Assembly: GCA_964016885.1 (NCBI GenBank)
Contig: OZ024741.1
Location: 381,300,001-381,364,000, forward strand
Direction: 5' to 3'
Length of the DNA: 64,000 nucleotides
From: Eledone cirrhosa
Lineage: Eukaryota
Numbering within the stretch: position 1 is the first letter of the stretch; the number at the start of each line of letters is the position of its first letter. Shown in pieces: positions 50,353 to 63,702 of this stretch. The notes under the pieces are model-generated. The model saw only the letters and a list, made by a program, of their open reading frames with translations, was not told where the DNA came from and searched no databases. The translations under genes and the position numbers were made by a program.

Positions 50353-50565
50353 TATGTATATATATATGTATGTATGTATATATATATGTATGCATATATA
50401 TGTATGTATGTATATATATATGTATGTATATATATATGTATGTATGTATATATATATGTATGTATATATGTATGTATGTATATATATATCTATGTATGTA
50501 TATATATACATACATACATATATACATACATCTATATGTATATATATACATACATCTATATATAT
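50352..50565. repeat. (TA)/(TATG)n compound microsatellite
   Basis: Direct reading. Confidence 0.97.
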
Positions 50566-51097
50566 AAAAACAAAACCTGTCAAAGGGCAAAGGAGCTCTT
50601 AAGAGTCAATGGCCATCCAAAATCACCGGGAGAGATGACCCCTTAGCCTTTGTCAAGGCATAATTCTAGGAGAAGGAAAACTCTGATATAACACCTGCAA
50701 CCCTGATGGTATCCAATGATGTTGACTTGTTCTTCTTTTTGGTAAATATCATCTTGGTTAAGAGAGTGGGACTGGCTTTGTGCAGTGCCTTTGCTCACTA
50801 TAAAAGCTTCACGGCACAGGCATTGCTTTATATCTGGAGATCTCTCTGCACTTGTCGTCACATGGTACCATGGGCCCAGCACTATGTGTCAATAATTGTC
50901 ACAAGTGTAGTGTTTGTACCAGAGTTTTCAAGTCCCTGGCTGGACTAAAAAGTCACACTCGTTCAGCGCATCGGTAGGGGTTCTTCTACATGGATATAAA
51001 GTAATGGCCGTACTCGAAAACGAGTTGGCAGCCACCATATATATATATATATATATATAAGAGAGTATTGAAGTTTGCTTGAAGCATTGTGGAATAA

Positions 51098-51517
51098 TAA
51101 GATATATTTTCTTTAGGTCGTTTTGGAACCCTCAACAATGCAGATGGATAATTCTCCGGGTAACAAGATCCGGTGGTGAAGAGAGAGATGTAGTGAATGT
51201 AGAATGAGATGTATAGTGTATAGAAGAACGTAGGAAAGAGCGTAACAAATAAAAATAATAACACGAGATAGAGTTACCCAGTTGATTGATGTAAATCCGA
51301 AATATATAGGTACAATTAAATCTCTCCCAAGGTTACTCTATCTCGTGTTATTATTTTTATTTTTTACGCTCTTTCCTACGTTCTTCTACACACTATACAT
51401 CTCATTCTACATTCACTTACATCTCTCTCTTCACCACTGGATCTTGTCTTGTTACCCGGAGAATTACCCATCTGCATTGTTGAGGCTTCCAAAACGACCT
51501 AAAGAAAATATATCTTA
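51098..51517. repeat. Inverted repeat (arms ~180 bp, 52-nt spacer) between (TA)n tracts
   Basis: 51098-51278 is the reverse complement of 51331-51517 with few differences. Confidence 0.93.
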
Positions 51518-51536
51518 ATATATATATATGTTTGTG

Positions 51537-51576
<40 letters not shown>

Positions 51577-51969
51577 TGTAATATATGTTACTCACACACT
51601 TATTTACTACCCCAGTCTACCGATTCCGACTAGCCGCTTTTGAAAGCATTTTCACTATATTCTTTATACCGTTTTCGTGTGTTTATGCGTGCATGTGTGT
51701 TAGTGTGTTAATAACATTTTATAATTATTCTGAAAGTCAGTTTGTACGTTATCCAAACGTTGGAAATTATTGCTTGGTACACAACCTTTAGAAAATGTGT
51801 CAAATGTTTAATTATAATTGAATAATTATACAGACGGCACATACTATATTAATGTATTTGCATGCACAGTATGTGGTCTATCCATAGAAACAGTTTCATA
51901 AGTGTAAACAGCGATAAAAGCAGAAAAAGGTGGCACGATTTAATTTTTTTCATGTTTTGATGACCAATG

Positions 51970-52155
51970 ATTTTTAATACAGACGGCCAGCAATTTCAGA
52001 CGAGAGAAATCAACCGCAGTACTTCATTTGTGTTTTATTATATAAATCCAGAAGGATGAAATAAAAACTGGCCATAGCGGAATTTCAACTCAGAACGTAA
52101 CGGGGCGTATCTAAATTCTATAAAGCATTTTTCCTAACACTTTAAGGATTCTTCC
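51970..52155 (-). mobile_element. Degenerate tRNA-derived SINE
   Basis: ggccagcaatttc..aggatgaa..gcggaatttcaactcagaacgtaa..aagcatt pattern, as in the other copies. Confidence 0.65.
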
Positions 52156-53714
52156 GTGGTATGCTCTAGCGTTGATAAAGGATGGAATATTTTTTTCTTT
52201 TTTCAACTCGTAACGATTACTCAAAATACGAAATATTCATTATGCGAGAAATAAAACATTTTAATATTTTGTTATTTTGAAATTTTCCTAAGAAAAGATC
52301 GATGGATTATCCGGCATAATTGCTCTAAGCGTATCAGTTTTAAGGTTTTGAAAATATATTAATACAATGTTATTTTTCTCTGAGTGAAAAACATTACTCC
52401 GTTTTGTAGATACCGTGTATTCTATAATAGACCAATCAATTTCATAATTGTTAATATTGTCATTCTTTCAATCTTTGAACGACATAAATAATTAGATTGT
52501 GAGTCAGTAATGTCTCTTGTTATATAAGTTTGTGTATCAGCGTTATATACAAATTGATTTTGATCGATGATGCAATGCTTTACTGTTTATTCCAGCATTT
52601 CTGAAACTTCCTAATTTTTTCCCCGAATTCAACCAAATTCAAAGGTTCAATTCGTTGATGTTACGTGATAATTGTTATTTTGCTTAGATAGATTAATAAA
52701 TAAATCCTTATAATTATTAAATTCCGTATAACAATGACCTTTAACACCATTGTGGTCACATATGAAATGCCTAAAGACAGTAATTGTTGTTAATTTATAT
52801 TCGTTTACTAAATACAATACATTGTCAGGTAAGAAGTACCAATACCGTTCGAAACTGTATTTACATGTGGAATTAAACCTATAACTATATCCTAGCAAAA
52901 TAATTCTCAATTTCGCTGACATCAATAAACATTGTTTCTTCATTTGACTTCTAGTTGGATGAACTATGATGTTTACAATTGAAATATTATGTTCAGTGGG
53001 GAAGATATATAGTTTGCCTGTAACATACTATGAATTAGGGAACTCAAATCCTGCATTGCCTTACTGTAGCTAATGAAATAATGTTCGGCATGAATAATTA
53101 TATAAACGTCTCCCATCGGAAGAATTCTCATGAATAAAGTTCAAATAGAGATAGAGGCAACTCTTTACATATAGATTAATATCTTGGATAGGTTATGTTA
53201 GCTAGATAATTGCATAATAAAAGAATTTCAGAATCGATGCTTGTACACATAGGTGTAATCCTTTAGTGCATAGTAGTAATTTCAGGTGTTAAATTATTAG
53301 CTACTTATCGTCAAGTATTTCTCAATGTATCAACGAGTTCAATCATAAGGAAAGGGGGAAACACATCAAATAGCAATGTCAACGCGATATCTATCAAAGA
53401 ATAAATATTGTCTTAGAGACTCCCTGATTTTACCTTGATCTTTCGGAAAAGGAAAAGTATATCTTTTATTCGAATCACTGGTTTTGAAGTTACTGATCAC
53501 CAATAACCTGGAAATCAAATATTGCTATACAATTATAGGTGATTGAAACATTTAAAGCTGAAAGTTAAACTCTATTCTTCCAGTTTACCTCCTTGATACT
53601 AATGTGTTTCATATATTATTACTCTTGAACATTGCTTCTATTAAGATCAAACGAAATACCAACAGCCCGCGAATTAGAAAAAACGTCAGGAGGGGATGCT
53701 TTGCGCCGCTAGTA

Positions 53715-53790
53715 GTACCGGATATTTGACCCTGAGTTCTAATTCCACCGACGTCTTTTATCCTGTCGAGGTCGATACAAATGTACCACC
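53715..53790 (+). mobile_element. Short SINE remnant
   Basis: ctgagttctaattccaccga..ttttatcctgtcgaggtcgatacaaatgtacca. Confidence 0.5.
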
Positions 53791-53934
53791 TTTATATTTG
53801 TTGCTCACTTTCTCTCTATCACTCTCTAATTATCCGGGATAAATCTAGAAGGTTTATTTAAAATGACGATGACTACGGTGCAGTTACGATCTCCCTAGTT
53901 ACATGTCCATACATACCTAATTCCATCAACATAA

Positions 53935-54960
53935 TATAATCACCTTCATTAATTTCACAAAAGCTTTTGACAACGTGAAACTACCCAGCTTGTGGCAACT
54001 CTTAAACAAGACCTCAATTAACACAAAATACATCAACCTATTGAAAGAATGTTAAACCAACTCAACAGCATATATCAAAACAGACTTGGGAACTACACGC
54101 TGTATAGACATCTTGGAGCAGGGAGATGTACTATCACCACTTCTTTTCTGTAGAGTTATAGCTGTACTTATCTACCAAACTGTAGAATGCACCTCTGGCT
54201 ACACATAGGCGGTAATATCCTATCAAATCTTAGCTATGCAGACAATCTGGCCATCATGAGTTACTCTAGAACTTATCTGCAAGACCTTCTGAATGTACTG
54301 GCCAAACATTCGCTGGCGGCTGGCTTACAAATCAACATCCCCAAACAATATGTATGACAATTGATAAAAACAATGCCAACCTCGAACTCACAATCTACAA
54401 CCAGGAATTGCTCAAAATACGGAGTTTGTATATCTCGGTCACAAACTATCATCAACCAACAATGGAATGGTTGCTGTGCAGTATCACATCGCTCTAGGTT
54501 GGACAACTTTTAACAAGAACAAGTAAGTACTAACATCAAAACGAGTTTTCCATCATTTGAAGGCTAAGATGTTTGATACTTACATCCTACCAGTGGTGTT
54601 ATACGGTCTTGACTGCGTTAAACTTCAGAAGCTCTCTACATTCCAGAACCACATCATGAGACCTATGGCTGGCAATTGGCTCAGCGACCGTATCTGTATC
54701 AGTGAGCTGCTCAACATTACCAAACTTAGACCAATTATATCAATTGTCAAGACAAGAGTACTCAAACTATACGGCCATATAAACAGATCACCTCGTGGTG
54801 TGAGTAGGTTATGCCTGGAAGGGAGGTTGGCTGGTAAGAGAAGCATAGGCTGGCAGCCAAAACGATGGCTTGACAATGTCAACTTATGGACAGGACTTCA
54901 TCTTTGCTTTTGAACTCAGCTGCTGGTGATTGAACTTTCTGGTGGGAGATATCATATGAT
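53935..54960 (+). pseudogene. Decayed RTE-like LINE RT/3' fragment
   Basis: FINFTKAFDNV, QGDVLSPLLF, LSYADNL, KAKMFDTYILPVVLYG, LKLYGHINR..LEGRLAGKRSIG..KRWLD, with many stops. Confidence 0.75.
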
Positions 54961-55164
54961 AATGCGCACTCTGCAACTGGCGGAGTTTAGCGTCACAAAA
55001 ATAAGAATGTAATAAAAAGTCAAATATAGTGTCTTCATGTTATCGTTCGACAATAGTATAACTAACATTAAAATATTCCTTAAACCAAGTATGAGAGTTT
55101 AAAAAAAGAAACGACACAGCGGAAAATATAATCCACGATACGCAATCCTCATGGGAAGGCATGA

Positions 55165-55318
55165 ATTGGCTGTATCGGTAGAGTTACGTCCCTTTACGGT
55201 CTGAGTTCAAATCCCGCCAAGGTTAACTTTGCCTTTCATCCTTACGGGGTCGATAAAATAAAGTACCAGTAGTGTACTGGATAATTGCTGGCCTTGTGCC
55301 TAAAGTAGAAACAATTAT
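55165..55318 (+). mobile_element. tRNA-derived SINE (internal deletion in the head)
   Basis: gagttcaaatcccgcc (B box), ctttgcctttcatccttacggggtcgataaaataaagtaccagt core, tagaaacaattatt tail. Confidence 0.9.
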
Positions 55319-56863
55319 TAATCATATATCTGCATTGTGATGGATGCTTTGGGATTAAAGCACATCGGCAACATATATTAACAAACAAATCTAAATATAT
55401 TTCCTATTGTATTCAAAACATTCTAGACATGATATATTGCTATGCGTCTTACAGCCATGCTACTTGACCAGCATAGCAATGAAACTAACAATATTTAAAA
55501 TGATAGGAACATTGTAGAAAGCCGCATGTTCTAATCGTCATCTCATATATAAGACAATTATTACAAGCCGTTGATATAAGCTACATCGAATCAAATTAGC
55601 TGGTGTCAACGGAAAATGTTAAATAGATTTTAGTGCAATAGAATTAGTAATGACGTATCTATAATTAAAGTTTAGAATGAATGGAAATGCGAAATTAGTT
55701 TTCGATTAATATTTCTTTGAGTGTATAGTACTGGAGAGAATGTTTCCATCCTTGCTTGTGGTCAAATTCTGGCAGCATAAATGTATAATTGATTGAATTA
55801 CGTGTAAGCTAATCATTTTCACGGCATATTCATAGACGGAAAGACAGCCTTTATGAACTTTGCCGGACCTCTGAGACAGACAAGTTGGTTGAGGGGAGGA
55901 ATGTGAGGTTCCATAGCTTGCCGAAAAGTGCGATCCTATTAAATAATCAGGTTTGATGTCAATGATCACTAGCGCGCTTTGGAGAATAAAGAGTGACTTG
56001 CCAAGATGTTATTCACAAGTCCAGACCACTGAAATCTGGTCAGAAGGCATAGACGGAGAACCACTTTCAATGTTATCCTATAATACACAGTGATATTACA
56101 CAGGGTTGCATGCATTACATAGCAACGGCACTTTATATCAAATTATTCTAGGAGCGGAGAACTGGTCCGGGTAATTATCACAGAAGAGAACTGCACTAAA
56201 TTAAAATGTTGGCGTTAAACATTCACCCGTTATTTCTTAAAGCTTCTGCCAAAATATAATGATGGTTGAAATCCTTCATGATTTATGTTAAATGAGAAAA
56301 TCAAATATAACAACTTTTTGCCGGAGCAGTCGGATTGTGTATAAGCATTATTATAGTCATTTAACCGAAAGAATATCCGCTTTCAAATGATTTAGAATAT
56401 ATACATAATTGATGTTTATTTTGCAATGAAAGCATTATGTCCTCCCATTGTGTGCATGTTAAGATATGAACCAATATATTGCTTTCAATCCTCCCCAGTA
56501 ATTAAGTCGATGTGAAATTCGTAATATCAAGGTTAGGAGAAAGAAATATATTTCACATATCATGCATTGTATAGCAACTCCAACAATACTTAATTGCATG
56601 GCATTGTAAAGTTATATGTATATTAAGAGACAGTCTGCATCTATGATAGTAGAATGGCTTCAATAATTAACAACATAGAAAGCTTTCAGGAGCAAGTTAC
56701 CTAAGTAATCGATATAAGCATACTTCCTGACAATTTCATCCTGAAACTATCAATACCTGCCCTATACATGATTTATAAATGATTATATTTTTCTAAGCGT
56801 ACAAATATATTTAATTAGTGAGTCATTCATCATAGATTCAATTATATACGTTAAAGGCTCTTG

Positions 56864-57079
<216 letters not shown>

Positions 57080-57141
57080 TTCGTTTCTGAATTTGTTTAG
57101 CAAGATTCTTTATCTGGAAACGTGTGTTGAAACCGATATTG

Positions 57142-57739
57142 TTATACTTTGGGAGAGTCATGTTGCCAATAAGAAACACACGCACCAGTTGTTTCACTTC
57201 AATTTATTATAATACATTTATAAATTTAGGAATTTATAAATTTCTGGTTGGTTGGTTGGTTCCACAACCAGATGATTGTTTATATACTGTCAAAGTTCTT
57301 TCGTCACACATTCTGTGACCTCTTCAGTGACTGGGGATTCTTTTTTTTGTTTTTGTGCCTCGCCTTTGTTCTGTCCTACGCCATCTTGTTTTTGTGTGTG
57401 TGTTGTGTGCTTAGTTTGCGCATGTGTTACATCCGGGTGTCTGTGTGTGTTTATATTCGTTTATTTATTTGTTTATTTACATGTTACTGGTTGGTTGTTT
57501 GTTCTATGTGCGTGTGTGTTTTCATTTTGTCCTTAATTTTAAGTTGTGATATTGCTGTTCCACTCATGTTTTCTATTTAATTTTGGTTGGAGTTCATTTA
57601 TATTTATTTCCTCTGTGTCTTAGGCAATAAACATAAATGAACTCCAACCAAAATTCCTAAATTTATAAATTTATTATAATAAATTGAAGTGAAACCTCTG
57701 GTGCGTGTGTTTCCTATTGGCAACATGACCCTCCCAAAC

Positions 57740-57744
<5 letters not shown>
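57142..57744. repeat. Nested inverted repeats between (TA)n tracts
   Basis: Outer arms 57142-57235 and 57651-57744. Inner arms 57579-57600 and 57634-57655. Confidence 0.88.
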
Positions 57745-57805
<61 letters not shown>

Positions 57806-57818
57806 CATTCATATACAT

Positions 57819-57849
<31 letters not shown>

Positions 57850-57870
57850 CACACATACATACATATACAT

Positions 57871-57941
<71 letters not shown>

Positions 57942-57969
57942 CATATATATAGGCATATATATATATATA

Positions 57970-58328
57970 TACGATATTAACAAATGGAAACTATATTTAT
58001 AAAACCATATTTATTTCATTAGATATATTTCAAGGACACCAAGTTAAATTATGGTGTGCTTTCATCAGATAAAATATAATATAGACCAGTTTTATAAATA
58101 AATATTGACATACCCTTAAAGAATGCGACCATTACTGTTGGAAGCTCTGGGAGCTTCCAACAGTAATGGTCGCATTCTTTAAGGGTATGTCAATATTTAT
58201 TTATAAAACTGGTCTATATTATATTTTATCTGATGAAAGCACACCATAATTTAACTTGGTGTCCTTGAAATATATCTAATGAAATAAATATGGTTTTATA
58301 AATATAGTTTCCATTTGTTAATATCGTA
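57970..58328. repeat. Apparently perfect palindrome (178-bp arms, 3-nt loop TGG)
   Basis: 57970-58147 equals the reverse complement of 58151-58328 by eye. Confidence 0.96.
58222..58286 (+). ncRNA. Minimal hammerhead ribozyme motif (mirror copy on the minus strand in the other arm)
   Basis: tattttat [CTGATGA] aagcacacca taatttaact tggtgtcctt [GAAA] tatatc [TA] atgaaata, with AATAAA overlapping stem I. Confidence 0.75.
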
Positions 58329-58411
58329 CTTTTACTCCAATTATTTGTTGAGTGCTTTATATTAGTTATAAAAATATTTGCTTGTTGTATCCCAACAATT
58401 TAAATAGAACT

Positions 58412-58456
<45 letters not shown>

Positions 58457-58473
58457 ACACACACACACACACA

Positions 58474-58505
<32 letters not shown>

Positions 58506-58519
58506 TACACACACACACA

Positions 58520-58583
<64 letters not shown>

Positions 58584-58591
58584 AAACAGAT

Positions 58592-59485
58592 TAGACATCA
58601 TAAAAAGGCAATTCATTCCACGTGTTTACAAATGTTTCTTTAGTAGTTACACAGCTTAGTCATACTATATGCAAATTAGTAGTTATTAATTTGCAGATAC
58701 TCAGGGCGGTGGATTGGCAGTATTGGTAGAGGGTCGGACGCCATGCTTTGACGGATAGAGTTACGGCCCTTGCCATTCTGAGTTCAAATCCCGCCAAGTT
58801 TAACTTTGCCTTTCATCCTTACGGGGTCGATAAAATAAAGTACCAGTAATGTACTGGGTAATTGCTGGCATTGTGCCCAACGTAGAAACAATTAATTTGC
58901 AGATACTCAATTTTCAAAGCTGCTCGTTCTACCAAATCGTCAGAACGAATGGTTGAATCATAGTTTCTTTATATTTCTTAAAGGGAGTAATTGGGGAATA
59001 TAGAGTAGAAAATGGAGAGAGAAAGAAAGGAAAAAGGAGATATAGATATGTAGGGGTATGAGAAATGGGAGAGCGAGGTTTGAAGAATACAGATAGCTTA
59101 ATCTAAATGCTATGACAGGCGTTTAACAAGTGGTTTTATTACACTCCTTACTCTCAAAGAGACAACTTAGGCATTGTGTTGATAGTATCAAGTTTGGAAT
59201 TATTTATTGCCACAGAGGGCAGGGTAATAGATGTGGAGAAGGAGGGAGAAAGACAGAGAGCGAGAGGGAGAGAAAGAGAGGAAGAAAGAGAGAGAGAGAG
59301 AGCGAGAGAGAGAAAGAGAGAGAGAGTGAGAGAGGGGACAGAAAAACGTTTAGAGAAAGGAAAGGCGATATACACCGAGTTGATAGTTGTAGTTTGCTGA
59401 TCGTACTTAAGTATACATTTATTACCATAAGTAAGGTACTGGTTAGTAGTGCGTGGGGGTGGGGTGAGGTATAGATAGGAAGTAG
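58592..59485 (-). repeat. Inverted pLTR copy upstream of the Penelope-like element (interrupted by a SINE)
   Basis: Reverse complement of ~59670-60288 and of ~62850-63475. Confidence 0.9.
58704..58890 (+). mobile_element. Full-length tRNA-derived SINE with a 19-bp target-site duplication
   Basis: TSD attaatttgcagatactca at 58685-58703 and 58891-58909. A-box-like tggcagtattggt, B box gagttcaaatcc, MESC/Meta-like core. Confidence 0.93.
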
Positions 59486-59514
59486 GTATATTGAAAGTAT
59501 ATAACTTGAAAGTA

Positions 59515-60467
59515 TATAACTTGAAATCTAAGACCAATTTACTAACTAACAGAATCGTTATACTGCAACCATAAACTGAAGTCTAAATTTTCTCACTATA
59601 AAAGTAACTTAGCATAATTTGAACCCGAGACTATTACACCACTTTCTCGCTAACTAATTTAACTCATTACTTACTTCCTAACTATATCCCCCTCCCCATA
59701 CTAACCAGTACCTTACTTATCGTAATAAATATATACTTAAGTACAATCAGCAATCTACAACTATCAACTCGGTGTATATCGCCTTTCTTTCCCCTTCTCT
59801 TAACTTTTTTCTGTCCCCTCTCTCTATCTCTGTCTATCTCCCTCCTTCTCCACATCTATTACCCTGCCCTCTGTGGCAATAAATAATTCCAAACTTGATA
59901 CTATCAACACAATGCCTAAGTTGTCTCTTTGAGAGTAAGGCGTGTAATAAAACCACTTGTTGGACTCCTGTCATAGCATTTAGATTAAGCTATCTGTATT
60001 CTTCAAACCTCGCTCTCCCATTTCTCCTACCCCTACATATCTATCTCTCCCTCTACCTTTCTTTCTCTCTACCTTTTCTACTCTATCTTCCCCAATTACT
60101 CCCCTTGAGAAATACAAAGAAACCATGATTCAACCATTCGTTCTGACGATTTGGTAGTACGAGCAGCATTGAAAATTGAATATCTGCAAATTAATATCTA
60201 CTAATTTGCATATAGTCTGACTAGGCTGTGTAACTACTAAAGAAACATTTGTAAACACCTGGAATGAATTGCCTTTTTATGATGTCTATTTGTTTTGTTA
60301 ATCATTCTTTATCTACACTCCGGAATATAAAATAATGGAAAACCAAGTTTCTTTAACTGTTCTTTTGTAACTCGTTGAGTAACCCCTCACCGTACGTTGA
60401 CTCTATCTAGCGTAGTAATTAACCATTAGTGCATTCAGGATAATCCTAAGCATTTGTTGCATAACCT
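59515..60467 (+). repeat. Upstream pseudo-LTR of the Penelope-like element
   Basis: Direct repeat of 62695-63650. Begins within the 3' end of the ORF (partial-tandem arrangement). Confidence 0.92.
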
Positions 60468-60518
60468 AATAATCGCCTCCTGCACAGTTGAGCAACCACA
60501 CCGACACACCGCACTAAT

Positions 60519-62780
60519 ATGGAAAGGCATCATATAGGTATGTCACTTAAAAACATACCTATACCCACCAAAAGGGAATACATTCCATTTCGATAAAGGA
60601 CGTGCAAGTAACTAGTTTACATCAAACAATGAATCATGGTTTTGGATCATGTAAAATCCTACCCACAAACCCCCATCTCGATGCTTTCGAACAGGACTTC
60701 ATGAATATGATCATGGAGATCAAGTTCACTAAACATAGGAGGAATGCGCTGCAGAACGACATGAAAGCACTACTCGGAAGACTGCAAAATACCAAAGGAA
60801 TTATTGTTAAAGCAGATGAGACCTCTAATGTGTATACGATGGATATCGATACATACATTTTCATACGTAAGGAACTACATAAGAAATATAGAAAAACTAG
60901 TGAAACTGCACTAACGAACATTAATAACGAAGCATATAAAATAGTGAAAAATCTCGAGTTAGACGATAGAACCTAGCCGATTATACCCGCCACCCCCACC
61001 TTTAACTTGAAGAACCATAAGGTAAATTTGATTCTAACCCTAAGATTAGACTTATATACCCTTCTAAATCAGACATAGGAAAAATTAGCAAGCATATACT
61101 AGACTGGGTAATAACTCAATTGAAAAAGTAAATAGAAATTAAATTATGGGGCAACACTAGCGAAGCAATCCGCTGGTTTAAAAGCGTTAATAACAAGAGT
61201 AAGTCTAAGTTTATACAATTCGATATAGATAAATACTACTCTTCGATCTCACTGGTACTTTATGTAAGGCCCTATCGTTTGCCAAGGTCAATTCCGACCT
61301 AACGGAGGACGAAATTAATATTATTCTAGATGCTAGAAAAACTGTTATCAAATTTGAGAACTGCTACTGGGAGTGTGGGATAGACCCACTAACTTCGACA
61401 TTACCATGGGCTCCAATAATTCGGCGGAGGGCACGGATCTTGTGGGAATTTACATAGCCCACATACTACATGAAAAATTTAATAATCTACAGGGGGGAAT
61501 ATATAGAGACGACGCGCTTCTATTAGTTAATAACTTAAGCAACCAGAATATAGAAAGCCTAAGCAAAAACATTAGGAAATATTTTAGCGAACTGGGTCTG
61601 AAAATGACGTATGAATACAATCTTAAAGAAACGATTTTTCTAGACGTAACTCTTAATTTGTACACAGGATTGATACTACCCTTCCAGAAGATAAACCAGA
61701 ACCTTACCTATATTAATTAAAACTCGAATCACCCACTTTCCATGATTAAATCGGTCCCTCGTAGTATTTCTCTTAGAATCTCTCGCCTATCGTCTAACTC
61801 TCAGATTTTCAGCAAACATGCAGAATACTATAATAGCGCACTGGGGAATGCTGACCACCGGGATAAAATAGAATACATTGATAAGAATCACCACACATAG
61901 CAACACACAGAATCGAAAAATATGTAACCGGAGCACAGGCATACAAACACACACACACGCAGTACCACCAGACATACTAATAATAGAAAATCATCACCAA
62001 ACTCAAGCAAATTATGTTGTAGGAAGTATGTCTGGTATAATCCAATTTTTAATGCTTCGATTAGTACAAAACTATCTCTTTTATTCTTTAAGTTGATTAA
62101 CAAGCATTTCGCTAATTCCCATAAATACAGTAACATTCTAAACTCTAAGACTATTAAGCTATCATACTCCACTGCACCAAACCTAGAAACACGCATAAAC
62201 AACTTAACTTAAAGCGATTATTAAACAACACTACAAAACAAAATATTTTAGACACAGATGGGCATAACGTAATATCAACTTCCCAACCACCAAATGGGAA
62301 ACAAGTATTATACAACCCACCTGTACTGTTATCCCAACCTATCCATGGTACAGTTGTTACCCATAACCAAAACTGTAATTGCCTCCTACCCGAGTGATGC
62401 CCATTGAAGAGTAAATGTCTGGAGTCCAACATTGTTTATTAATGCGCAGTCGAATCAAACGACCAGAAATGGTATTACGTCGGGTCTACTACTACCTCCT
62501 TTAAATCACGCTGGTATCGTCATCGATTTTCGATTAAACATCCTGAACACCGCTATGTAACTACACTCGCTAATAAGATCTGACAACTCCGCGAACACAA
62601 CCAGAAGTTCACCCTAAAATGGGATAAATTATCCAGCGCTAGTGAATATCGGAGTGGATTAAAATACTGCAGATTATGCAACCTTGAACTTTTTTATAAC
62701 TTGAAATCTAAAACAATTTACTAATTAACGATCGTTATACTGCAACCACAAACTGAAGGCTAAATTTTCTCACTATAAAA
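60519..62780 (+). pseudogene. Near-complete decayed Penelope-like ORF (RT + Cys linker + C-terminal GIY-YIG)
   Basis: MERHHIGMSLKNIPIP, IIVKADETSNVY, FIQFDI, FDITMGS..DLVGIY, GIYRDD, FLDVTLNL, SNHP, WYNP, IKLSYSTAPNL, CNCL..CPLKSKCL, YYVGST..FKSRWYRH, CRLCNLE. Confidence 0.92.
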
Positions 62781-63650
62781 GTAACGTAGCATAATTTAAA
62801 CTCGCAACTATTACACCAATTTTTCGCTAACTAATTTAACTCATTACTTACTTCCCCCACCCCCACCACACAACTACTAACCAGTACCGTACTTATCATA
62901 ATAAATGTATACTTAAGTACGATCAGCAAACTACAACTATCAACTCGGTGTAAATCACCTTTCCTTCCCCTTTCTTAATTTTTTTTGTCCCCCCTCTCTC
63001 TCTTTCTCTTGCTCTCTCTCGCTCTCTGTCTATCTACCTCCTTCTTCACATCGATTAACCTGCAGTCTGTGGCAATAAATAATTCCAAACTTGATACTAT
63101 CAACACAATGCCTAAGTTGTCTCTTTGAGAGTAAGCAGTATAATAAAACCACTTGTTGGACAACTGTCATACATTTAGATTAAGCTATCTGTATTCTTCA
63201 AACCTCGCTCTCCCACTTCTCCTACCCATATAAATATATATCTCTCCATCTCCCTTTCTTTCTCTCCTCCTTTACTACGCTATCTTCCCCAATTATTCCC
63301 TTTGAGAAATATAAAGAAACTATGGTTCAACCATTCCTTCTGACGAGCAGCATTTGAAAATTGAGTATCTGCAAATTAATAACTACTAATTTGCATATAG
63401 CAAGATTAGTCTGTGTAACTACTATAGAAACCTTTGCAAACACCTGGAATCAATTTCCATTTTATGATGTCTATCTGTTTTGTTAATGATTCTTTATCTA
63501 CACTCCGTAATATTAAAGAATGGAATACCAAGTTTCTTTAACTATCTTTTGTAACTCGTTGAGTAACCCCTCACCGTATGTCGACACTATCTAGTGTAGT
63601 AATTAACATTACTGCATTCAGGAAAATCCTAACAATTTCTTGCATGACTT
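62695..63650 (+). repeat. Downstream pseudo-LTR of the Penelope-like element, ending at (TA)n
   Basis: Direct repeat of 59515-60467. Confidence 0.92.
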
Positions 63651-63662
63651 TATATTTATATA

Positions 63663-63699
<37 letters not shown>

Positions 63700-63702
<3 letters not shown>

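Noticed and set aside
50353-50590. N-terminal ~80 aa of the 703-aa ORF 48479-50590
   Set aside because: Read-through of the (TA)/(TACA)n flank. The element is 5'-truncated at ~50352.
50566-50985. Possible upstream continuation of the R4-like element beyond the microsatellite
   Set aside because: The expected RT motifs (YRPI, QKGC, DQLL) were not found. Left unassigned.
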